A stretch of DNA of 64,000 nt. It comes from Gammaproteobacteria bacterium. Lineage in GTDB: Bacteria; Pseudomonadota; Gammaproteobacteria; Pseudomonadales; Pseudomonadaceae. This document shows, one piece after another, positions 45,557 to 53,957 of this stretch. How positions within the stretch are numbered: position 1 is the first letter of the stretch; each line of letters opens with the position of its first letter. The DNA lies in contig JAMCWB010000030.1 in the NCBI GenBank assembly GCA_023475025.1, positions 1,853-65,852 on the forward strand, given 5' to 3'. The notes beneath the pieces are model-generated. The model was given only the letters and a program-made list of their open reading frames with translations. It was not told the origin of the DNA and ran no database searches. The translations under genes and the position numbers were made by a program.

Positions 45557-45605
45557 GTAATACCGCGCCTCAGTAACCCTCAGCCATACGGAGAACCGTC
45601 CGGAC

Positions 45606-46094
45606 TCAACAGCCGTGCAAAAGCCGCTCTCGCAGCCGTTGTACTGTCTGTTCGCAGGACAAACCCAACGCGGGATCAGCATGAATCAGTTGAGGCAGCT
45701 TCTCGTCGGGCCAGCCTCGGGCATCATCATCAATGGCCAGCCAGTCGCAGGGTGAGTTCATTCGAGCCAGATAGGCCTGAATCTGCTCGTAGCGTGTCTG
45801 TAGGTCCCAAAACGTTGCTGCTCCAGATTCGCCGATTTTCATTTTTGAGTGCCAGGTGGCGCCAACCACCAAAGCTCTTAAGCATTCCGGTAACGCATTG
45901 CAGGCACGCCTGAATCCGAGATGACGTGCCCAACTCGTTGACAGGACAATCCTCACATCAGCGCCCTCAATCGCTGACAGTAGCTGTGGTACCCACATGA
46001 AAAGCTCACCCGGTCCACGCAGCACCGGGCGCCCGCGCTTCAGGTAGACCTCGTCAGGGTGCAGCACCCCGTCATAGTCCAGGAACAACAGCAT
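45606..46094 (-). CDS. HAD-like phosphatase of the RNA-repair associated (HAD_SAK-like) type
   Basis: Start at ATG 46094 (AGGAGG 5 nt upstream) gives MLLFLDYDGVLHPDEV, placing the DxD nucleophile motif at the N-terminus. The C-terminal WLAIDDD is also present. Confidence 0.55.
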   Translation of the reverse strand: MLLFLDYDGVLHPDEVYLKRGRPVLRGPGELFMWVPQLLSAIEGADVRIVLSTSWARHLGFRRACNALPECLRALVVGATWHSKMKIGESGAATFWDLQTRYEQIQAYLARMNSPCDWLAIDDDARGWPDEKLPQLIHADPALGLSCEQTVQRLRERLLHGC

Positions 46095-46244
46095 GAGTCC
46101 TCCTGCCATAAATGCTTCGTCCGAGCTGTGAATGTCATGCACACCATTGCCACGCTCCGCTGATGGGCTTGTCTGAACGGAAAGCCCTTTCTCCGGCAAC
46201 CAGCATTGATTAGCCGCAGAGCCGTCGGAACCACTACCGTGAGC

Positions 46245-46889
46245 CTAGATACGACTTGCCAGATCCAGCACTATCGACGGGTTAATGGGCTGGTATTGCT
46301 CGTTACAGGTGCAGGCATTAATCAGGGTGAGCGGTCCGCGCCGATAGGTGCCGTACCCTTCATGAATATGCCCAAAGATATGAGCTTTGAGGGACAGCCT
46401 GTCAATGCGCTGCAACAGCTCAATACACCCAACATGCCTGAGCCCCAGCGCTAGCTCAACCTCATCTCCGATCCCCCTCGGCGGGCCGTGGGTGATCAGC
46501 ACATCCGTTTTGTCAGGGATGCGCGACCAGGCATCGTACAGCGGTGGACCCGGGTCCAGCATGAATGCCCAATTCATAAATGTGGGTGTCCAGGGCGAGC
46601 CCCAGAAACGAATGCCTTCAATTTCAACGCCACTGTCCTCAAGGTAAATCGCGTGACTGAGCGCCTCGCGTGCCTGCTCCGGGCTGTCCTGGAATGCCCA
46701 GTCATGGTTACCGGCGATCACGACCTTGTACCTGTGAGGCAGTGTACCCTGCCAGTCATTCAGCTCCTCAACATTGTCCAGCGTGCCCTGCCCCAGGCTA
46801 TGACCGGCGTGGATCAGCACATCGCCATCTGGAATGTCCTGGATGCTGCGATGCATGCTATGTGTGTCGGAGATACAAACGAGTTTCAT
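46245..46889 (-). CDS. Calcineurin-like metallophosphoesterase
   Basis: Motifs ISDTH, GDVLIHAG, GNHD, THGPP and GHIHEG. Confidence 0.85.
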   Translation of the reverse strand: MKLVCISDTHSMHRSIQDIPDGDVLIHAGHSLGQGTLDNVEELNDWQGTLPHRYKVVIAGNHDWAFQDSPEQAREALSHAIYLEDSGVEIEGIRFWGSPWTPTFMNWAFMLDPGPPLYDAWSRIPDKTDVLITHGPPRGIGDEVELALGLRHVGCIELLQRIDRLSLKAHIFGHIHEGYGTYRRGPLTLINACTCNEQYQPINPSIVLDLASRI

Positions 46890-47527
46890 CGGCTTGTCTG
46901 TGGTGGGCTGTGAGTTGCAGTATCGGTCGGCTGGCTGAGCAGTTCATCCAGTAGCGACCAGTCCAGAAATGGCAGTAAGCGTGCGATATTCCTGGCGTCA
47001 TCAACCCCGCGGTGGGGCTGGCCGTCAAATTCCAGCTCATGATGAGCCAGTGCATGGGCAAGGCTGGTTTTCTTGTGCTGCCTGGTGGTACGTCGCCAGA
47101 GCTTCTTCAAGTTCAGGTGCGGCAGGCTTAGCAGTTGTGAATCGGCACTGTCGAGGGCGCATTGTGCTGTCAGCTGGCTCAGATCGTAGTTGCCCCAGCT
47201 GCACCAGAGTGCATCCGCTGCGACGTCGTTCAGCCAAGCGTTCATCTGGACAACAGCATCTGCAAGCGGTGGTGCGTTATCAACCATGGCTTGCGTGATA
47301 TGCGTCAGTTCAATGCAGAACTCACTGAGCACGGGTTGGCGTTGGGGTCGCACCATGAAGGAGCGCGTATCCAGCACAGTGCCATGCTGGTTGCTCAGCG
47401 CGCAGCCAATCTCGATAATTTCCATCGTGTGAATGCTTTGCGCCGTACCCTCTGGCGTGCTGGCGTCCCAGCACGTGGCTTCAAGGTCAACCACGAGAAT
47501 TGGCGAATTATTTTCCTGCATTGGCAT
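46886..47527 (-). CDS. DEDDh 3'-5' exonuclease (ERI-1/KapD-like)
   Basis: Motifs LVVDLEATCW, EIIEIGC and HRGVDDARN. 4-nt overlap with the phosphoesterase gene. Confidence 0.8.
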   Translation of the reverse strand: MPMQENNSPILVVDLEATCWDASTPEGTAQSIHTMEIIEIGCALSNQHGTVLDTRSFMVRPQRQPVLSEFCIELTHITQAMVDNAPPLADAVVQMNAWLNDVAADALWCSWGNYDLSQLTAQCALDSADSQLLSLPHLNLKKLWRRTTRQHKKTSLAHALAHHELEFDGQPHRGVDDARNIARLLPFLDWSLLDELLSQPTDTATHSPPQTSR

Positions 47528-48011
47528 TAGCCTTGCCTTTAGTCAGATAGCCAATAAACATACATTCAAGAAGACCGCTTTGCCTAAAAATTGAGCCGTC
47601 AATGAGGCTTGGCGCAAGCCACCACAAGACCCGCAGCCTCACAGAACACCCCTATCATGTGATCCTGCAGTTGAAGGTCCAGTGTGGCAGCTTTCGGCCA
47701 GAAGCAGTCGCTCGTCAATAGCTTCTCTCCACCCATGACAACCATTCATTAGGGAACCTGTTGCTCTGCTGAAGCTTTTGTCACGTTTTTATATGGGCAG
47801 CGTCGTATAAGAAAGACTTCACCAGCCGAGTATGGCCTGGATCCAGAAAGCCACAAATGCGCAACATATTGTGATGGTGTGCCTCGCGATATCTACATAT
47901 TGATATTCTCGACAGGTGAAAGTAGTCTATGGTTACTGGCCACAGACTAAAGAGGAAGCGGAGCCGGCTCATATGCAGCGTGCGTTGATATGAGCAGGGT
48001 AGCGCCAAGAG

Positions 48012-49211
48012 GTGAACTTATGGCAGTACTGCTGGACGCACTCTATGACTAAATCTAAAACTGCCACTGGGCGCTTCGACACCGACGACGTGACGAAACG
48101 TGTCGTATGGACTCAGGCTGCAGGCCACTGTGAGCTGTGTGGCACCGACCTCATGTACGACTACCGGGCAGGTAAGCCCATGAACTGGGGAGAGGTTGCT
48201 CACATCCTGCCAGCGAGTCCAAAGGGCCCCCGGGGTCGGTCTGACCATGACGAAGCAAAGGCTGCGTCGCTTACCAACGACACAGCCAATCTCATGCTTC
48301 TCTGCCCTGGCTGCCATGACAAAATTGATCGGGATGCTGATGGATATCCAGAAAGCGATCTTAGCGGCCTGCACCAAGCGTACCTGGAGCGAGTCCGGCT
48401 AGCGGCAACCACTCCTGACGGTGGAAGAGCGATTCCAGTTATTGTCCAAAGTCAGCATTTCGCAACGAACAACGACATCCCCGTTCGTGATCTGTTGGTG
48501 GCAATGTCCTCTGAGGGACTGACGGCATTCGATCATCCCATCAAGATCACTTTTCCAGCCCCAAGCCATCGTGGCCGGGATGACCACTACTGGCAGAGCA
48601 TCAAGGACAGCATTCAGCACGAATTAGAGCAGCAGTTAAAACGCCGCGGAGGAGCATGTGGTGACGCTCCTGCGCTTGCCGTAGTGGGCGTGGCAGACAT
48701 CCCAGCGTTGATCATGCTGGGACAGTCCTTAGGTGATCGATCCAAGCGCCTGCTTTTCTCGTTCAACCGTGAGCACCAACTACGTTGGCCTGACCAGTCA
48801 GCCGAACCTCCCGAGTTTGTGTTCACCCCGCCCTCGGATGGAGAAGGCCCACTGGCTCTGGTATTGTCTATCTCCGCGCAAGTCCCAGCTCGCGATGTCG
48901 AAGAGGCACTACCTGGTGCGCGTATCGCTGGGCTGAGCATCCCAGTGCCCAGCTATGCGATGGTTCAGAACCGTCGCGTGATACACGCGTTTCGCGACGC
49001 TCTACAAAAGCACTTGAGCCGGCTTGAGGCCATGACTGCAGACACAGTCCATGTGTTTGCGGCGATTCCCGCTGCTTTGGCTATTGAGTTCGGGGCCTTG
49101 CTTACTACGCAACATCAACACGCTTACCTGATCTTCGATCGAGATAAAGACAACCAAAACAGGTTCACGCCAACACTACAGTTGGGCCACCAAGCCCAGG
49201 AGGTTCGTTGA
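48012..49211 (+). CDS. cap5: CBASS effector Cap5-like: HNH endonuclease fused to SAVED domain
   Basis: HNH motifs CELCG...EVAHILP...LLCPGCHDKID followed by about 270 aa of SAVED-like C-terminus. GTG start at 48012 (alternative ATG at 48045). 4-nt overlap with the CD-NTase gene. Confidence 0.75.
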   Translation: MNLWQYCWTHSMTKSKTATGRFDTDDVTKRVVWTQAAGHCELCGTDLMYDYRAGKPMNWGEVAHILPASPKGPRGRSDHDEAKAASLTNDTANLMLLCPGCHDKIDRDADGYPESDLSGLHQAYLERVRLAATTPDGGRAIPVIVQSQHFATNNDIPVRDLLVAMSSEGLTAFDHPIKITFPAPSHRGRDDHYWQSIKDSIQHELEQQLKRRGGACGDAPALAVVGVADIPALIMLGQSLGDRSKRLLFSFNREHQLRWPDQSAEPPEFVFTPPSDGEGPLALVLSISAQVPARDVEEALPGARIAGLSIPVPSYAMVQNRRVIHAFRDALQKHLSRLEAMTADTVHVFAAIPAALAIEFGALLTTQHQHAYLIFDRDKDNQNRFTPTLQLGHQAQEVR

Positions 49212-50464
49212 TGTCCATGAGCAATGAACAGACCAAGCGCGGAAGCTGGGAGCACTTTCTGCTCCGCGCCGCGAAGGAGATCTCACTGTCCGAATCACAG
49301 TACGAGAAGATCAACGACCGATACTCCCAGCTTGAGAAGATTCTCAACGCTTCCGACAATCCACTTCTGGCGGAGGCGCACATTTTTGTCCAAGGCTCCA
49401 TGCGCCTGAAGACAACGATCAAACCCGTTTCTGGCGCCCCAGAGGATCTGGACACCATCGACGCGGACGCCATTATTTGGCTCCCTCATGCACAGGGTGC
49501 TAGAGCTAGAGAGGTTCTGGATGCAATTGAGGAACGCTTCAAGGCTGGCAGCCGTGTCCAGGAGGAAATCAAGCAACTACGCCGAGGCATCCGGATCATC
49601 TATGCTGACGAAAACCCTGGATTCCACATTGATGTCACGCCCGCGCGAGCCATCAATGGGAATTCTCAAGGCAATGGCGAAGGCAAGCTGGAAGTACCGG
49701 ATCGAGAGACTGGGTGGAAGGCGAGTAGCCCGATCCCCTACTCAAAGTGGTTGCAGGTCGCGTCAACGCAACCCATCTCCTTGGCGGAACATATGGCTGT
49801 CGCGAAAAGCCAGCGCGCTTTTGATGCCGCCACTCAGGATCCGCTGCCGCAGTATCAGGACTATCTCGATCAAGACCCACTTCGGGCAACGATCAAGCTG
49901 CTGAAGCGTCATCGGGATGAGTGGGCCATCCGCACCAAAAATACGGATCATCGTCCGATTTCGGCAGTCATCACCACTCTCGCTACCCACGCCTACGTTG
50001 ATGTGGCGAAAGAGTCCCAGTCGACGCCGCTAAGGCCGCTAGATGCCATCCTCGAAATCGTCCGAAGGATGCCGGATCACATTAAGTACCGGGGCAACGA
50101 ATGCCAGGTTTGCAACCCGGCAGATAGCGGCGAAAACTTCGCTGAAAAATGGAATAGGCCGCTCGATGGACATCGCTACCGCCGGGCATTCCAGGAATGG
50201 CACGAGAATGCCAGCGTATCGGTCTCGCTGGGACTTGAAAGCTACGAGTCCGCAGAAGCGTTTGCCAAGGCCGTGAACGAAAACTTCGGCATTGGTCCTA
50301 CCCTCATTTCGGCAGTTAATAGCGAAATTCCGCCCAACTGGACGATGCCTGGCCGGCCTGATGGCACCACCCGAAACGCCACATTAATGGGCACTATGTT
50401 TGGAGGCGTGAGCGGGACTGCGAGCTCTCAGGAGGATGTGAGGCCAGTTGGGCGTCTTGGTTGA
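49208..50464 (+). CDS. CD-NTase (cGAS/DncV-like nucleotidyltransferase)
   Basis: Motifs QGSMRLKT, DIDADAI and HIDVTPA fit the GS...DxD...D pattern. The protein ends in ...VGRLG with a terminal Gly. Confidence 0.75.
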   Translation: MMSMSNEQTKRGSWEHFLLRAAKEISLSESQYEKINDRYSQLEKILNASDNPLLAEAHIFVQGSMRLKTTIKPVSGAPEDLDTIDADAIIWLPHAQGARAREVLDAIEERFKAGSRVQEEIKQLRRGIRIIYADENPGFHIDVTPARAINGNSQGNGEGKLEVPDRETGWKASSPIPYSKWLQVASTQPISLAEHMAVAKSQRAFDAATQDPLPQYQDYLDQDPLRATIKLLKRHRDEWAIRTKNTDHRPISAVITTLATHAYVDVAKESQSTPLRPLDAILEIVRRMPDHIKYRGNECQVCNPADSGENFAEKWNRPLDGHRYRRAFQEWHENASVSVSLGLESYESAEAFAKAVNENFGIGPTLISAVNSEIPPNWTMPGRPDGTTRNATLMGTMFGGVSGTASSQEDVRPVGRLG

Positions 50465-52232
50465 TCAGACGGATACGTCTCTGCAGCGTGGTATAGCCGC
50501 GCTGCGAGGTGCTCTTGGCGAAGATGCCGCACAGGCACTGCTTCAGCCTGCGGTCGCTCGGACCGGTGAAGCTGCGAGCTACTACTTTCCTCTGCCAGTT
50601 GACTATACGGGCACGGAGCGGCGGCTACGCATCAGCTTTCCCAAGAATTTCCCCCGCAGTGGATTGAGGCTTACAGTCGAGCCCTCGCCATGGCTTGTAT
50701 GGCCTCACGCGATGGAAGTCGGGCTCTGCCTGCATGGTTTCCAGGAGCGCCCAGTGATGGGCACCCCTGAATACGTGGTGTCGGATAGCCTGGCGCGGTT
50801 AGGCAAGATCGTAAATTTGTCCCGGATGGGTTCATGTGCGGCTGACCGAGATGCCGAATTTCGTCGCGAAATCACATCGTACTGGTCTAGGCAGCAAGGG
50901 CTATCTCTACAGAACCTTATCCTTTTGGATCGCCCTCAAGTTGCCTCGAAGCTGTATGCCCTTAGCGATCCTCGACAGACGTTACCATCTGGCCAAGAAA
51001 CAGTCTGGCTCGCCACGGATTTGGCATCCCTGAAAAGACACTGCCGGCGGACGATTGGCCGATCTCCAAGGATGCGAGCACCGGAGGCCCCAGGATTCTA
51101 CGCAAAGCTTCGGAGCTATCCGGACCTGCGCCTTCCCGCTCCTGAGCTACTGCTCACATGGCTCTTGCCGCATCTCGCTCCTAATGACAGAACGCAGCTG
51201 GTGGCTTGGTTCAATGAGCGTAGCTCACTGCCCAACCGCTGGATCGCTTTGGAGCTCCCTGGGGATGCCAGCGCCCCAATCTACTGCCTGAACGTTCGCG
51301 CATACGGCCCACAGCTGGATCGAGGATCGAGGTTTTACCTGCGATCAGCGCGGCGCCGGCCTGCAGTTGCAGTCAATCATCCCCCAGTTCTGATCCGAGC
51401 AACGGCGCTGGATGTGCTGGATCGAACAGAGATTTTATCCCGTGACCTCAGTGGCGTGGCGCAGAAACTAGAAGGGGCTCGCGTCGTTTGCGTTGGGGTA
51501 GGTTCGTTGGGTAGCACCGTTGCCCTACAGTTGGCGCGTTCGGGTGTTGGCCATCTGACACTCATTGACCCAGACCACTTGGTCTCGGCAAATCTTGGCA
51601 GACATGTGCTCGGTGCCGATGATCTCGGTCTCCCCAAGGCAGAAGCGCTTCAGGAGAAAATTCGCAAAGACCTGCCCACTACGGAAGTCGCGGCGTTTGC
51701 CACCTTCGCCGAAGTGGTGATGTACAAGAATCCCGAGGTTTTTGATAAAGCGGATCTGGTAGTGGTTACTACCGCTGACTGGCAGTCGGAGGTGGCGTTG
51801 TGGGGGGCCAAGTCGAATGGCACCTCTTGGGGTTTACTCCAGGCCTGGAGTGAGCCTCATACACAGGTGGGGCATGTGCTCCTTGCACCACCTGGTGCAT
51901 TTGATGCTCGGGGCCTATTCACAGACAACGGTGATTTTAAGCACAAGTTCACCGAGTGGCCGGAAGGTGGGGTCGTCGCCCTTCCCGCCTGCGGGGAGAG
52001 TTTCATCCCAGGAGGTTCTCTTGGGATGGCGAACATTGCTTCGATGGTTTCTCAAGCTGCATTACGAGTGTTGAGTGGCATCATCGACAGCCCGAGCTGG
52101 GTCAGCAGCATTAATAGACCTGATGACGTGGTTAGGCTGGGAGGTAACTACCTCGGGCCTGAGCTACCTGCCGGAATGCAGCAGGCCCAGCTGGAGCGCG
52201 ATTGGCCGAAAGCATCGGAGAAAAGTAAATGA
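50448..52232 (+). CDS. cap2: Cap2 (E2-like + E1/ThiF-like fusion)
   Basis: Rossmann motif CVGVGSLGSTVALQLARSGVGHLTLIDPD..NLGRH and an N-terminal E2-like region. TTG start after GGAGGA. Confidence 0.8.
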   Translation: MGVLVDQTDTSLQRGIAALRGALGEDAAQALLQPAVARTGEAASYYFPLPVDYTGTERRLRISFPKNFPRSGLRLTVEPSPWLVWPHAMEVGLCLHGFQERPVMGTPEYVVSDSLARLGKIVNLSRMGSCAADRDAEFRREITSYWSRQQGLSLQNLILLDRPQVASKLYALSDPRQTLPSGQETVWLATDLASLKRHCRRTIGRSPRMRAPEAPGFYAKLRSYPDLRLPAPELLLTWLLPHLAPNDRTQLVAWFNERSSLPNRWIALELPGDASAPIYCLNVRAYGPQLDRGSRFYLRSARRRPAVAVNHPPVLIRATALDVLDRTEILSRDLSGVAQKLEGARVVCVGVGSLGSTVALQLARSGVGHLTLIDPDHLVSANLGRHVLGADDLGLPKAEALQEKIRKDLPTTEVAAFATFAEVVMYKNPEVFDKADLVVVTTADWQSEVALWGAKSNGTSWGLLQAWSEPHTQVGHVLLAPPGAFDARGLFTDNGDFKHKFTEWPEGGVVALPACGESFIPGGSLGMANIASMVSQAALRVLSGIIDSPSWVSSINRPDDVVRLGGNYLGPELPAGMQQAQLERDWPKASEKSK

Positions 52233-52720
52233 CGGCGATCGCGTGGCAATGGACCTGGCCCGGGCTAAACACTCCTCTGTTGGTATCGCAGGAGGTTGCG
52301 AGCCTGCTGGAGAGCTACAGGCAGAAGCACTTTGATGTAGAGCGTGGGGGGCAGCTATTCGTCGACCCTTCAAGCGTGGCCGGACTGGTACTGGCATTGG
52401 CTACTCCCCCTCATAACGATGATCGGGCTGGTAGGACCTGGCTGGATTTGAATGCTCGTCGCTGTCGAAAGGAAATTGAGCAGGCTAATGCCGCAGGTCT
52501 CCGCCTGGTAGGCTACTGGCATACCCACCCGCAAAGCATTCCTATGATCTCCCCCACGGATATCGGGAGCTTTTCCAGGTTCGCCGCGCACTACACCCAA
52601 GAGCTGCCGCACCCGCTGGCAATCATCGTGGGCAACTCCAGCAGCCACGAAGGCATAAAGGCTTGGTCTTTCAGGGATGGGCGCTATGTTGAAGCTGTTT
52701 GGGGCAGTTGGCCAGGTTAG
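52229..52720 (+). CDS. cap3: Cap3 (JAB/JAMM isopeptidase)
   Basis: ERGGQLF and the JAMM motif GYWHTHPQSIPMISPTD. 4-nt overlap with cap2. Confidence 0.8.
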   Translation: MTAIAWQWTWPGLNTPLLVSQEVASLLESYRQKHFDVERGGQLFVDPSSVAGLVLALATPPHNDDRAGRTWLDLNARRCRKEIEQANAAGLRLVGYWHTHPQSIPMISPTDIGSFSRFAAHYTQELPHPLAIIVGNSSSHEGIKAWSFRDGRYVEAVWGSWPG

Positions 52721-53277
52721 TGGTTACATGCCTCCTCCAGCATGAGAGCGAAAAGCTCCCCCTGGAATCGTGCGTCGTCCAACGCGTTATGGTTGGGTGC
52801 GCTTTGGGGGTTGAAACGAGCGGTCATTTGGGAGGATTTAGTTTCCCTCCAGCGGCATCCGGTAACCCCCATGTAATACGCCTTCATGTCGAGCGCGGTG
52901 AACCCAAAGGGGTTCGTCCCAGAATACTTGTGGAAGTAGTAGTTGACGAACGACCAGTCAAACGGGGCATTCAGCCCCACGAAAACGATTTTCTGATCTG
53001 CCGAACATACCTGGTTCAACCATTGCTCCAGCTCGAGCATCGCCACCTGGGGGGGAAGCCCTTCTCTTTCAAGCTTACAGAGATCGAGACCAGTTACGGC
53101 GACTGCCTCCGGATCATGTTTTACGCCGTCCGGTTGGAGCTCAAGATAGATCGATTGAGTAGGCTCTGAAACGAGGCACGCCCCAATAGAGAGCAGACTA
53201 TAAATGCCCGGTACGGGGCCGGAAGTCTCGACATCGACAGAAACATAAAGCTCATCGTTCATTATCGTGCTCCTCAT
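52717..53277 (-). CDS. DnaQ-like DEDD 3'-5' exonuclease
   Basis: Motifs VSVDVETSG, GLNAPFDWSF and HNALDDAR. It is convergent with cap3, and their 3' ends overlap by 4 nt. Confidence 0.75.
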   Translation of the reverse strand: MRSTIMNDELYVSVDVETSGPVPGIYSLLSIGACLVSEPTQSIYLELQPDGVKHDPEAVAVTGLDLCKLEREGLPPQVAMLELEQWLNQVCSADQKIVFVGLNAPFDWSFVNYYFHKYSGTNPFGFTALDMKAYYMGVTGCRWRETKSSQMTARFNPQSAPNHNALDDARFQGELFALMLEEACNH

Positions 53278-53363
53278 ATTTCAGACAGCATGCTGGAGGT
53301 CATAAGTCTCTACAAGCTTTGTAGCTATCCAATGACTGCTTCTGGCCGACAACTGCCCGCCAA

Positions 53364-53406
53364 GCGGCTTTTTGAGCCGCAACGAAAAAAGCCACCCGAA
53401 GGTGGC
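53364..53406 (-). terminator. Twin hairpins; the second is an intrinsic terminator on the minus strand
   Basis: GCGGCT-TTTTG-AGCCGC and GCCACC-CGAA-GGTGGC. On the minus strand the second is followed by TTTTTT. Confidence 0.5.
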
Positions 53407-53419
53407 TTTAATCTGAATC

Positions 53420-53444
53420 TGGAGCGGGAAACGGATATCGAATC
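53420..53444 (-). other. tRNA-Gly 3'-end fragment (possible att remnant)
   Basis: The minus strand reads GATTCGATATCCGTTTCCCGCTCCA. The last 13-14 nt equal the acceptor 3' strand plus CCA of Pseudomonas tRNA-Gly(GCC) as I remember it. The T-stem cannot pair and no tRNA body follows. Confidence 0.45.
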
Positions 53445-53957
53445 AAAGCCCTAACGTATTGATTCAAAATAAAAAGCACCGATCCCAAAAATCAGGACAG
53501 ACTAAATTCTGGACTAACCTCAACGTAGCGTCAACATCAATTGACTACCCAGATCCAAGCATGTCCACTGACATCCGCTTCTGCTAACAGATGTCCTCTC
53601 TTACCAAGGCAGCTAGCAAGTACGTCGCCCGCCAACACTGCACACACTTACAATGAGGCTCCACGAAAGATCGCCGGTAGGGGCTCTCATCTACCCACTG
53701 CCATACCGTCCGCTGCAGCCCCCAAGTAGATCAGCAGCAATTGACAGGCCTGCCCCGGAGAGATCGCAAATATCCTCCCAGCGGACAGATGACAATGCAG
53801 CAGGAAACGGCAGTTTCTGAATACGGTCGAAGAGCAAGGCACGCCTTGGCAATGAATGATATTTGACAAAATACAAAAATGTTCAAATATTGTCATCCAG
53901 TACTATTAGAGAAAACATAATCTCTACCAACCCATTCATATAAAAGGGAGATGGCAA

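Larger units (their letters stand above)
16881..53420. mobile_element. tRNA-Arg-associated genomic (defence) island, about 36.5 kb; right boundary approximate
   Basis: It starts at the tRNA 3' end. It is filled with restriction, abortive-infection and signalling genes plus an Xis/integrase/relaxase-like module. GC looks lower than the flanks by eye. Core metabolic genes resume after about 53.9 kb. Confidence 0.65.

Noticed and set aside
47528-48011. 484-bp divergent intergenic region between the exonuclease trio and CBASS as a possible ncRNA or small-gene locus
   Set aside because: It contains only short hairpins (for example GGCTTG-GCG-CAAGCC) and no convincing promoter, terminator or ORF signal that I could support by eye. 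It is worth a computational scan but is not reportable as a feature.
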